A stretch of 64,000 nucleotides of DNA from Tubiluchus corallicola (Eukaryota > Animalia > Priapulida). Positions 50,634-60,149 of this stretch are shown in pieces. A model generated the notes under the pieces. It made no database searches. It saw only the letters and a list, made by a program, of their open reading frames with translations, and was not told where the DNA came from. How positions within the stretch are numbered: position 1 is the first letter of the stretch; the number at the start of each line of letters is the position of its first letter. A program made the translations under genes and the position numbers. The stretch covers positions 23,567 through 87,566 of the forward strand of contig JAQGDQ010000849.1 of the NCBI GenBank assembly GCA_030141605.1. Reading direction: 5' to 3'.

Positions 50634-53036
50634 TCACTTTCTAAGCCAGCGTCTCCAAACGCTGAGCCAGCCCTCAGGTTTCTTAGCCTGGGCTTTTATT
50701 TGAGACATTGTTATAATTCGTTCTATCTGGGGAGGTCCATTATCCTCATCTTCCGACTCTTCAGCACTGCTCTTTTTAGAGACTTCGCTGAAAGCCGCTT
50801 CGCTCTCAGTGCATCTTGATTTCGCACTAATTTCGGAGAGCTCACTAGTACTATTACTTCTAGGTCGCTTTGTGGCGCTAGAGTGTACTTCATCAGGTCT
50901 TAATAGTGGCGGTGGTGTTCCACTAGAAATCTCTGACTCTTCGTCTTCCGGCTCACCTGGGCGGGGCGTCTCTTCCTCTTCAGACTGCCCTTCACCGAGG
51001 TCATCTAACCTAAGTTCCGGAAGGCTATCTCCATTCTCCCTATCTGGCTGTAAGAACGGAGCATCAAAGGGATCCCATGCCAAACTTTCGGCGGGTTCGA
51101 TAGGCTTTTCACTACCCTCTTGCCCTTGACTTACTGTTGCCCCTGGCAAAGAGGTGAGTACAGGAGCTGACCCCTCCTGACCCCTCTTACTAAAATCTTT
51201 TCCTTCTTGGGAGATTTCGGGTTCCGACACGCGGGCAGCTCTACGCAGAGGTCTGCCTGCTTTATTAAATTTTCGAGCTCCTGGTTTAGTAGACCAGGCA
51301 GCTGTGGGAGGGACTAGGCGCAAGTGGGTCACATGACACGTTCTTACTCGACCCGTGTCCATGTTTTTGATTTTATACCTATGTTTACCCAACCTTGTTA
51401 ATACAACATAGTTGCTTTCCCAATACTGGTGTAACTTCCTTGAAGCTTTTGGCTTCGTGGCTTGGTTATAATAAAATACCACATCACCAGCTCTAAAATG
51501 TCTCGTATGAGCCTTTCTGTCATATAATTCTTTACACTTTGCCCTAGCTACTTCGGTTCTTTTCTTTGCTACTACAAATGCCTGATGCATTGTTTGCAAA
51601 TAATTCTCAAAGTAATCTTCTCCCACGTATTTCTCTGGTTCTGCCAAATGATCTTCTATCACCCCTCGCGGCGCACGCGCAAATAACAAATAGTACGGCG
51701 AGTACCCCGACGTACTATGTATTGAGGTACGATAGGCGGCTAAGGCCCTTGGGATATGTTTGTCCCAACGTACGGGATCCTTGTCCGTTAGCTGCCTTAA
51801 TAAACTCATCAACGTTCCATGTTGACGTTCCTCAATTGCATTGCCTGGGGGGTTGTTTGGAGTTATCGTAATATGTCGTATCCCATAGTGCTCAGTCAGT
51901 CTCTTAGTCATATCGTTTACATACGATTTATCATTGTCAGTTAACAACTTAATTGGGGCACCGTACCTACAGATAATTTCATTAACAAATGCTTCCGTCA
52001 CCGTTTCGGCTTTCTTATCAGGTATGCCAACGGCATCTACCCATTTAGTAGCCAAGTCAGTAAACGAAATTATATATTTGTTTCCATTCTCTGTTGTAGG
52101 TAGTGGACCTACGATGTCGGTTGCCACGGTTTGATAGGGCACTATCGGGATTGGTGCCTCTTGCATAGGGAACTTTACCACATTCCTACTCTTTTTATTA
52201 CATGTGGGGCAATTCTCTATAAATTTCTTACAGTCTTGCCGGATGGTGGACCACCAAAATTTTATAAGAATCTTGTTGACCGTTTTGGCCAATGCAAAAT
52301 GTCCTCCGGCATAAGAACTATGTATTTCCCGAATAATTTCTTCTACTAGCACTGTAGGGACGACTATCAAATAATAACTCCCTTCATTCTCCCCGTATCT
52401 CTTATTAATACGACATAATAATCCGTCATCATTAATGGCATAGTCCTCCATTAACCTGTATGCCTCCTGTGATTGTTTGGGGCTAGTGATGACGTGAATT
52501 AAGTAGGAGAGAGTTGCATCTTGACTTTGCAACAAGGCAAATCGCCTCTTATCAATTAACGCTTCCTTTACCTTACTATCGGTCGTTAACTCAGTGACCT
52601 CTGATCGGGTCACTTCCGGACCTGGCTGTCGGCCAGTCTCTGTACCTTCATTAACCTTATTACGTTTTAGCAATGCTTCTTTGCGCAAGTGCACTTTCTT
52701 CTTTGGGAATAATATCCCAGAAGAATTGGCAGACTGAACCCAATCTTCATCTTTATTCTCTAATGAAATAGGTCGACCATCCGCAGTAAGGGTCTCAGCA
52801 GGGGCCCCTGGGCGTGCTGGATCTTTAAATGTACTGCTTCCTGATGGCGAGCTATCATCTCCTATAGCGGCTAATTTATGAGCATTATTTTCATTCTCTA
52901 GGCGGTGCAACCTAGCATCTAAGTCTCTCTTAGTAAATAACGGTCTCGCTTGCGGCTCCATTAATTTCATTGGTAGTCGGCTATAATGATCCGCGGGATT
53001 CTTATTCCCGGGACAATACTCAATCTTCGCATTTTG
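50634..53036 (-). CDS. pol: pol, C-terminal part: RNase H end, spacer, integrase and long acidic tail (downstream of an in-frame TAG)
   Basis: In frame after the TAG: QNAKIEYCPGNKNPADHYSR; HSSYAGGH..CPTC; TDIVGP/TDND/NAIEER catalytic triad. Confidence 0.9.
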   Translation of the reverse strand, partial: QNAKIEYCPGNKNPADHYSRLPMKLMEPQARPLFTKRDLDARLHRLENENNAHKLAAIGDDSSPSGSSTFKDPARPGAPAETLTADGRPISLENKDEDWVQSANSSGILFPKKKVHLRKEALLKRNKVNEGTETGRQPGPEVTRSEVTELTTDSKVKEALIDKRRFALLQSQDATLSYLIHVITSPKQSQEAYRLMEDYAINDDGLLCRINKRYGENEGSYYLIVVPTVLVEEIIREIHSSYAGGHFALAKTVNKILIKFWWSTIRQDCKKFIENCPTCNKKSRNVVKFPMQEAPIPIVPYQTVATDIVGPLPTTENGNKYIISFTDLATKWVDAVGIPDKKAETVTEAFVNEIICRYGAPIKLLTDNDKSYVNDMTKRLTEHYGIRHITITPNNPPGNAIEERQHGTLMSLLRQLTDKDPVRWDKHIPRALAAYRTSIHSTSGYSPYYLLFARAPRGVIEDHLAEPEKYVGEDYFENYLQTMHQAFVVAKKRTEVARAKCKELYDRKAHTRHFRAGDVVFYYNQATKPKASRKLHQYWESNYVVLTRLGKHRYKIKNMDTGRVRTCHVTHLRLVPPTAAWSTKPGARKFNKAGRPLRRAARVSEPEISQEGKDFSKRGQEGSAPVLTSLPGATVSQGQEGSEKPIEPAESLAWDPFDAPFLQPDRENGDSLPELRLDDLGEGQSEEEETPRPGEPEDEESEISSGTPPPLLRPDEVHSSATKRPRSNSTSELSEISAKSRCTESEAAFSEVSKKSSAEESEDEDNGPPQIERIITMSQIKAQAKKPEGWLSVWRRWLRK

Positions 53037-55697
53037 CTACGATAGTAACAAGGCCCATCTCTCTAATTTTGGATTCTTTAATTGTTTGCTCTCATGCAAA
53101 TACTGCAGACTCTTATGGTCTGTGCGTATAACGTAACGGCTACCATACAGATAATGGTGTAATTTCCGTATGCCATAAATTATCGCGTACAATTCACGCT
53201 CCGATGCAGTCCAACGCTGCTGGGTAGGTGTTAATTGATGAGAGAAAAACTCTACCGGTCTTTCTTCTTCATCAATCTCTTGAGTTAATACACCTCCCAC
53301 ACTATATAAGCTTGCATCTGTATACAAAATATAGGGCCTTTCTGTGTCTGGGTGCGTTAACATAACGGGGTTCAATAGCGCCGCTTTCAATTCTTTAAAA
53401 GCTTTTTCTTGGGCGTTCCCCCATACAAACTTAACATTTTTTCTGGTTAATTCTGTTAAAGGCCGAGCTATTTCTGCAAATCTCGGTATGTTAGCTCGGT
53501 AGTAATTGCAACTACCTATAAAACTTCGCACCCCTCTCACATTTACTGGGCGGTCCATTGTTTGTACTGCTCTTGCACGTTCGGGGTCGGGCCTTAATCC
53601 ATCTTTGCTAATTATATAGCCCAAAAATTGCACTTCTGACTTAAAAAATTGACATTTTGATGGCTTCAGGCGCAAATTCGCCTCCTTTAAACGTCTGAAC
53701 ACTTCTTGCAAGTGTTTTAAATGTTCCTCCGTGGATTTTGAGTGTACGAGAATGTCATCCAGGTAGGCTATACTGAATTTATCAGTTATCCCATCCAATA
53801 ACTTATTTATGACCCGCCAAAACACTGATGGGCTAGTTAAAAGACCCATGGGGCTACGAGTAAACATATATGCCCCACTTTGGGTCACAAAGGCAGTTTT
53901 AGGCTGGTCATCTCGGTGAACAGGTATTTGTAAAAACCCTTGTCTTAAATCTAGACAACTAAAATATTTGGCTCCCTGCAATTTGTCGGTAAAATTGGAC
54001 AAGGTTCGACTAGGAAAGGCGTCGAACTTTACACACTTATTGATTTTCCTATAATCTATCACTAACCTATAACTTTTCCCATCAGCCTTTTTAACTAATA
54101 AACAAGGTGACGCCCACGGGCTATTAGCTGGTACTATGATTTTTGCTGCCAATAATTCACGAATAATCTTATCTAATTCTTTTTCTAAATTATTGGGTAT
54201 TCGATACGGTTTTGATCGAATAGGTTCCGCATCACCAGTATCAATTCTCATTTCAGCTAATTTAGTCTGCCCTAGTTCTAGGTCAGTGCTAGCAAACACT
54301 CCTTTCCATTTATTTAATAATTTTTCTAGCTTTGATCGCCAAATGGGAGCCAAATGATCCAAGTTAAACTCAGCATCTACCCGTTCTCCCGAAATTCCAT
54401 CGTGATACCGCCATTGTTTGTAACCACCCCTTATATTCGCCGTAAACTCACTTGGCGAAGGGCTCTCCAAATCTTGGAGTTCCACAAACATTCCGCCCCT
54501 ATTATCATATTGAACCTTGAGTCCGCCCTCCTGCGGACAATTACCTGCTGCCCTACTACGTGTTTTATCATTAGGCATCTTGCCTCTAGCCATTGCATTT
54601 ATTGCTAATCGTCGGTCATTAAAGACCCGGGGAACCTGCTTCATTCCCTTGTTTCGCATGGGCGCGCAGTGAAGGCCATCATCTTGATACCTTCGTCCAT
54701 TAATAACACCTTTTATTTTTTTCGAGCCGCTATTAGTATTCCATTTATTCGCTAGCGCTATTGCCAATACATTCGATATGCTAGTTTCTTGCGCGGTGCC
54801 AATCACACAATTCTTTCTAATCCTTAAGGGTCTATTTGAATTATTACGTATAAGCAATGAACTCCTACGTCCTTCGTCTACTTCTATTAAACCAGTTTCA
54901 AACCCAACATCTGGGCGATTTTTAAAAGCAGGCGCATGCTCAGCCATTTCGACACACAAAAGTTGTCCTGGTGGCCTATCTCGCTTAATTCGGGTACGCA
55001 ATACGATCTCACAGTTCTTAGGAATCAAGGCGTTTTCATCAGCAAGGAGAATATCAAGTTCTTCCTCGCTGACTTGATCTAAGGCAAGAAGGTGAGCCTT
55101 CTTACCTATAACCATTAGTTTCCTGCCACAGTCTAATGAGGCATTCATAGACTGAAGCGCATCAATGCCCAAAATAGCCTTTTGCTTCATCTGAAGAATT
55201 TGGTATTTAATCTTAAACGTGCTGTCGCTAAATTTGGTCTCAATATTTTTCGAGCCTATTACCGGTATGGCTGTGCCTGAGGCACCTTTCAATGTCACAC
55301 CGCTCGCATTACAAGGCCCCATTCCCAACTGCTTGTATTGTGCTAATGACACACATGAGGTCGTCGCACCCGTATCAATTAACATGCGCACAGGCCTACC
55401 GTTTAATTCTACTAGGCAGGTTGGCTGGGTGACCAGTGGCTCCTGCCGGCCTGTTAAGCTATCAGGTGGGTATGCACTTACCGCGTCCCAACTTCCTCTA
55501 TTTATATTCGTTACCCTTAAGTTATGTTGGCACTTATTACGCGCATCACGCCATTTTTTATTTACAGTCTTACTAATACAACTTCTACATATATTAGTTT
55601 TACTCATAATTCTATTATTTACAATTCCGCTTGTCTCCGTTACAAAAGGTGGGCTCCCAATGCGGGAGATGACCCACTGGGAGCCTAATAGTTTTCC
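53037..55697 (-). CDS. pol: pol, N-terminal part: protease, dUTPase-like spacer, RT, RNase H
   Basis: LIDTGA, SPWASP, YRLVIDYR, LDLRQGFLQI, YLDD, YTDAS, ERELYA, TDH; in the -1 frame relative to gag. Confidence 0.93.
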   Translation of the reverse strand, partial: GKLLGSQWVISRIGSPPFVTETSGIVNNRIMSKTNICRSCISKTVNKKWRDARNKCQHNLRVTNINRGSWDAVSAYPPDSLTGRQEPLVTQPTCLVELNGRPVRMLIDTGATTSCVSLAQYKQLGMGPCNASGVTLKGASGTAIPVIGSKNIETKFSDSTFKIKYQILQMKQKAILGIDALQSMNASLDCGRKLMVIGKKAHLLALDQVSEEELDILLADENALIPKNCEIVLRTRIKRDRPPGQLLCVEMAEHAPAFKNRPDVGFETGLIEVDEGRRSSLLIRNNSNRPLRIRKNCVIGTAQETSISNVLAIALANKWNTNSGSKKIKGVINGRRYQDDGLHCAPMRNKGMKQVPRVFNDRRLAINAMARGKMPNDKTRSRAAGNCPQEGGLKVQYDNRGGMFVELQDLESPSPSEFTANIRGGYKQWRYHDGISGERVDAEFNLDHLAPIWRSKLEKLLNKWKGVFASTDLELGQTKLAEMRIDTGDAEPIRSKPYRIPNNLEKELDKIIRELLAAKIIVPANSPWASPCLLVKKADGKSYRLVIDYRKINKCVKFDAFPSRTLSNFTDKLQGAKYFSCLDLRQGFLQIPVHRDDQPKTAFVTQSGAYMFTRSPMGLLTSPSVFWRVINKLLDGITDKFSIAYLDDILVHSKSTEEHLKHLQEVFRRLKEANLRLKPSKCQFFKSEVQFLGYIISKDGLRPDPERARAVQTMDRPVNVRGVRSFIGSCNYYRANIPRFAEIARPLTELTRKNVKFVWGNAQEKAFKELKAALLNPVMLTHPDTERPYILYTDASLYSVGGVLTQEIDEEERPVEFFSHQLTPTQQRWTASERELYAIIYGIRKLHHYLYGSRYVIRTDHKSLQYLHESKQLKNPKLERWALLLS
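55633..55697 (-). other. -1 programmed ribosomal frameshift signal (gag/pol)
   Basis: G GAA AAC slippery site, a 5-nt spacer, then an 11-bp stem GGCTCCCAGTG/CATTGGGAGCC. Loop TCTCC can pair with downstream GGAGA (pseudoknot). Confidence 0.75.
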
Positions 55698-56950
55698 TGC
55701 TGCTTTCTTGGGCCTACCACCCTTCCTCTTACAGCAGGGCCAGTGTAATGGCACTCCCGGGCGAAATGCCCAGGCCGTTGACATTTAAAACACAAGTCTG
55801 CTTGTGTGGGCCTCCTGGGTTTCTGGGACCACCACCTTCCCATACCTTGTCGGCCTATTCCGGCTATCTGCGGCCGTTGCCGAGGTGCCGGCCTGTCTCT
55901 GGGAGGTTTTCTTCCCACCGGATACTGTTTACCCTGGCGGTTCTCAGGAACCATTTCCCTATTCTCAGGGGGACCTTGTTTAGGTTCTTCAGTTATTCGG
56001 GGAAGTAGTAGTTGGCACGCTGGGCCTTCGCTCTCTGATTCAGAGCCTACATAGCCAACTTCCATGGGCGTCTCCACTCGCAGGTGGTGTGCCACATGTC
56101 GACTTTTTAATCTCATAATCTCATGATTATTCTCATCCTCCCTACACCTTGCATATGCCACCTCTAAAGTCAGGGTGTTATGCTTAATTAATTTGGCCCT
56201 TAATTGGTCATTCCGTAATGACTCAATCAGTACATCAGTTAAAAATTGCTGGGCCAATGATTGATCGATTTCTGATGGCCGATATGCCAATCTTGCATGA
56301 TACCAGATACGGTCTACTAACTGCCGTAGGGACTCATTTTTCTTTTGCCTCAAATTCTTTAGTTCTATCATGTGCTTTGTCAATTCTGCACGGTTTACAT
56401 ACCGCTGTTCTAAGAATGTTACAAATTGATTCCAGTTCATGGTAAACCAAACCTCACGGTTAGCGTCCAAATAATGGGCGCAAGCACCGTCTACGGTCAT
56501 GTAAGCCAATCTCACACACACTCCACCAGCATTCTGGGAATCAGGCAAAATACAGAACCCCCTCCGAGTAATGCTTTGGACCCACGTGCGAAACCTTTCG
56601 CTACAATCTATTTCTTGACCCGTGAATTTAGGCAACTCTGCCAAGGCGCTACATAAAGCCCACTGGTCAGTAATGGTCCCTATTTGAGATGAGAGATAGC
56701 TAGCTCTATCTACTAAAGTGGGTACAGCCCCACTTGTTTGAGCAGCTGTTTGCTCATCTGATTTACTCTCATCTTTAGCGCTTTCCGCGCTCTGTTCACT
56801 ATCCCGTATCCTTCGCAGGACCACTGCATGTAAGGCCTGTACCTCCGGACTCTGCCCGCCTAACCAACCGATCGGGAGACTTCCGGTTCTAATCCAGCTC
56901 TCAAGTTGAGCTTCTGTTATTTCTTGAGGGTCAGACATAATTTTTCGCAA
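55685..56950 (-). CDS. gag: gag with CCHC zinc knuckle
   Basis: LPKFTG, LRQKKNESLRQL, ETPMEV and CFKCQRPGHFAREC motifs; the likely start is MSDPQ a few codons into the ORF. Confidence 0.93.
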   Translation of the reverse strand: MRKIMSDPQEITEAQLESWIRTGSLPIGWLGGQSPEVQALHAVVLRRIRDSEQSAESAKDESKSDEQTAAQTSGAVPTLVDRASYLSSQIGTITDQWALCSALAELPKFTGQEIDCSERFRTWVQSITRRGFCILPDSQNAGGVCVRLAYMTVDGACAHYLDANREVWFTMNWNQFVTFLEQRYVNRAELTKHMIELKNLRQKKNESLRQLVDRIWYHARLAYRPSEIDQSLAQQFLTDVLIESLRNDQLRAKLIKHNTLTLEVAYARCREDENNHEIMRLKSRHVAHHLRVETPMEVGYVGSESESEGPACQLLLPRITEEPKQGPPENREMVPENRQGKQYPVGRKPPRDRPAPRQRPQIAGIGRQGMGRWWSQKPRRPTQADLCFKCQRPGHFARECHYTGPAVRGRVVGPRKQQENY

Positions 56951-57283
56951 CTAGGCGCAATCAACAAAATTATCTTCAATACAATAACAAGGCTGTTAAC
57001 ACCTTCAGGCAATACAAAACCACTCACCAATTAATGTGGGGATTTCTACTTCATTCTGGTGCAGCCTTCCGATCTGCCCTGGTAGTTACTTTCCAATTTC
57101 TTGAATGTCCTCAAGGCTTGCTTAATCACTTTCACTCTCCGTTGCATCTTGTTTATAGTCGCGTTTCCTGAGAATAACGTACTTATCGTATATAACAAGT
57201 TCACAAAGTTTACAAAATTCAGAACCTTAATTACAAAGTTACAAAAGATTGCAAATACTAAATAGCAAACACTAAATCTGCGA

Positions 57284-57294
57284 TCACGGCACCA
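57284..57294 (-). other. Primer binding site, tRNA-His type
   Basis: TGGTGCCGTGA 2 nt after the 5' LTR matches the tRNA-His PBS TGGTGCCGTGACTCGGAT over 11 nt. Confidence 0.85.
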
Positions 57295-57296
57295 GT

Positions 57297-58583
57297 TATC
57301 ACCTTCTTATTTTAAATACCTAATGTTTCCGTTAATCTTGATCGTATAGTGTAAGGTGACTTAAATCTATATATCGTATAGATTGAATTTAATATGTCCA
57401 CTTAATTTCTAATTGCTATAAGGCGAATTCTTCACCTGGCTCCGAGGGCTTTAGATATTAGTCTAGCAAGCAATGATCGTCTTATCTAAACTTCACCTTG
57501 ACCTTTGCGTTGTGAGAAAAGGTCTATTTCCCTCAAGTTTCCTAGCAACGCTCCCGCAATATGAGCGTTAGTTAATTCAAAGCGAACTAATCAGATTCGT
57601 ATATCGGAAATAGTGTTGCTTGAGTTAAACACTCTAATATCATACATTAACTCAATCGTTAAATGTCAAAGAGAATTACTTTATTGATTTACAATAATTA
57701 CTGCTTCTAGGTAGCTTACAAGATTAGTTCTTATGCGCTTTTGACGCGTACAACTAGTTTATAGCTTCCAAAAGTATCTCTCTGAGCAATTCTTCAATTC
57801 TATCACCTAAGGTGTACTCTACACTTATCCTATAGTACAATGTGAACTTATACGAACTACAGATATGCACAGTTAATTCTCAGTTTACCAATGTGTTAAG
57901 ATTCCTTAACTCTGCGGATTTGACCACAATGTACCCAGTACAATTTGGCCAACTCCAATAGTTGATATGAAACTCTCGTTGTCCAGTGCCTAGATTATCC
58001 TAGGAACGCAGAAAGATGTCTACGCTGAACTTCTCAAGTTGTCCCAATCTCCTCTGTCAAGTAGCCCTCTTGTGTGATTCGTCACACACACACACGTGTC
58101 TCTTCCAGTACGATCGGGTGGAACGAGCGCTGGGTTATTCGAACTCATGGCTTATATCTCATCGAAGTAACCTCGTAATAACCTTGCACGATTTCAACGT
58201 CGCACGCAACATTTAGATTTATTGGACAGCTGGGAGGTCAAAGTCATCGTAACCAGTAAAACTCATCAGTCCTCTTTTCTTCAAGAAACAGTGACCTCGC
58301 AGAGTTTTTGTTAATTACTAGTAACTTGTGCATATAGCTTATAATAAATGGTACATCCGTCTCAACCTAATATTAGCTAATTATCCTGAGCATCCTAGAG
58401 TGTCCTTACGTAAACGATAAATTTTACTTCTTGCATCCTACGCTTTCACAGCTCATTAAATTCGAGCTTAACAGCTGAATGAGTTCCATTGCACCATTTG
58501 TAAATTTATTCATGCGATCAGGGAGGCATGCGATTTCATACCAAAATATCGAAAATCATCGATTTATAAATTTATTCACCACG
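57297..58583 (-). repeat. 5' LTR (first base T>C)
   Basis: Direct repeat of 45679-46965. Confidence 0.96.
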
Positions 58584-58689
58584 CAAGTACACTGTACAAA
58601 TAACATTAGATTATGAAATATTACGTTACACTACATTCAGCTTGCAGATTCTTAAGTTTACAAAACGCTTTGTTTTCTGCTATTATCAG

Positions 58690-58876
58690 GCTATGTCCAG
58701 TACTACTTGTTGTCCAAAAGGTGCCAAACACTACAATGGAAAATGTTACACCTTGCACAAAGCCCCGGCTACTTGGTGGCAGGCTGTGATCAAGTGCAGA
58801 ACCAAGGGAGGTGAATTGGTTACCATAGAAACAGCTAAAGAAAATCGGTTTGTAGTCAACTACGTGAAAACCAGTG
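58690..58876 (+). CDS. C-type lectin domain exon (N-terminal half)
   Basis: tatcAG acceptor; AMSSTTCCPKGAKHYNGKCYTLHKAPATWWQAVIKCRTKGGELVTIETAKENRFV; phase-1 donor G|GCAAGT. Confidence 0.88.
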
Positions 58877-59410
58877 GCAAGTGTAGAATATTCATTATTA
58901 TAGTATAATCCATTTAAGCTCGTTTTATGTAGGCAAAGTACAATCACAGCACCTGAAAATTCCCCCGTAAGCAATAAATTGTAATATCAGGGAGCACTGT
59001 AAGCAAGATTTAGGTACATCATTAAAATTTGACGGAAACTTGAAATTTACTCATATTACCCAGTGGCTTGTTATAACAGGTCTCGCTATAAATGGATTAC
59101 ACTGCAATATAGTCTCATTATATGACTTGACTTTATGATCATAGATCTTGCTTAATTTGACCTGGCTTTACCAAACTGAAAAAAGATCTAACTTGTATAG
59201 GCAAGTTTTGCCCAGAAACCTGCTACTAAAAGCAACAGCTGATTGTGTAAGGTTTAACAACAGGTCTCTAAGCAGTTTTTGTGACGTCTGTACGAACTAG
59301 ATCTTGTGCAGTTTGTTTGCTTATTTATTTTAACCAATTCTACCCATTTCTGCCTGTCATTCTCAAATGGAACTTTTCACTACATATTAATATTAACTTT
59401 TTTCTCATAG

Positions 59411-59643
59411 GTTCCTCTTTCACCTGGATTGGCGGAACAGATCAACTTAATGAAGGAAGCTGGGTATGGATTTCTAATGGACATCGACTGTTATTTGATG
59501 CCTGGTGTCAAAACGAGCCTAACAATTTTAGGGGACATGAGCATTGTGCAGAAATCAGAAAGCGCAGGCATTTCAACTATGACTGGAACGATTGGGATTG
59601 TTCTGACCAGCTTGCGTTTCTCTGCGAAGCTGATGCCAACTGA
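59411..59643 (+). CDS. C-type lectin domain terminal exon (EPN/WND, mannose/glucose-type)
   Basis: ttttctcatAG acceptor, phase 1; WIGGTD..EGSWVW...W..NEPNN...EHC...WND..C....FLCE*. Confidence 0.93.
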
Positions 59644-59764
59644 GTCTTTGTTCCAGGTTTAATTCACAATACCATGTATCTATATTTTACTAATCTGATA
59701 ACCATGGTGTATTAATCTGTACACAATACACTACATACTGTATAGACAGAGTACATTATCTGTC

Positions 59765-60001
59765 TGGTATCGAACCGAACCTAACAATTTTAATGGGCGT
59801 GAGCATTGTTTAGAAATCAGAAAGCACTATCATTTCAACTATGACTGGAACGATAATCAGTGTTCACAGAAGATTGCGTTTCTCTGTGAATCTGATGCCA
59901 ACTAAGGCAAAATCTTTATACCGGGTTTAATTCACAATACCGCGTATTAATTAGTTTATTAATCTAATGATCATAGTTTATTAATCTATACACAAATACA
60001 C
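59765..60001 (+). pseudogene. Partial diverged duplicate of the lectin C-terminus and 3' UTR
   Basis: 59765-59905 reads WYRTEPNNFNGREHCLEIRKHYHFNYDWNDNQCSQKIAFLCESDAN*, ungapped against 59503-59643; UTR similarity continues to ~60001. Confidence 0.9.
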
Positions 60002-60149
60002 AGGTTGAAAGGCTCAAACATGACAGTGTTCAAATTTCAGAATCCCAAAATTCAACTTTCTGAAATAAATTTGTCCACAAATTTAAAATAACTTTAGTTT
60101 GGACTTAAAATACTTTATTTGCACAATTCCGAATTCTACGAGTAATTTA

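Larger units (their letters stand above)
45679..58583 (-). mobile_element. Envelope-bearing Ty3/gypsy element (endogenous retrovirus-like), full length 12.9 kb
   Basis: Two 1287-bp LTRs, CAAG target duplication (45675-45678 and 58584-58587), PBS, PPT, gag, pol and env. Confidence 0.96.

Noticed and set aside
55219-55788. 189-aa antisense ORF over the protease region
   Set aside because: Most likely a shadow of the pol reading frame; no motif and no ATG start.
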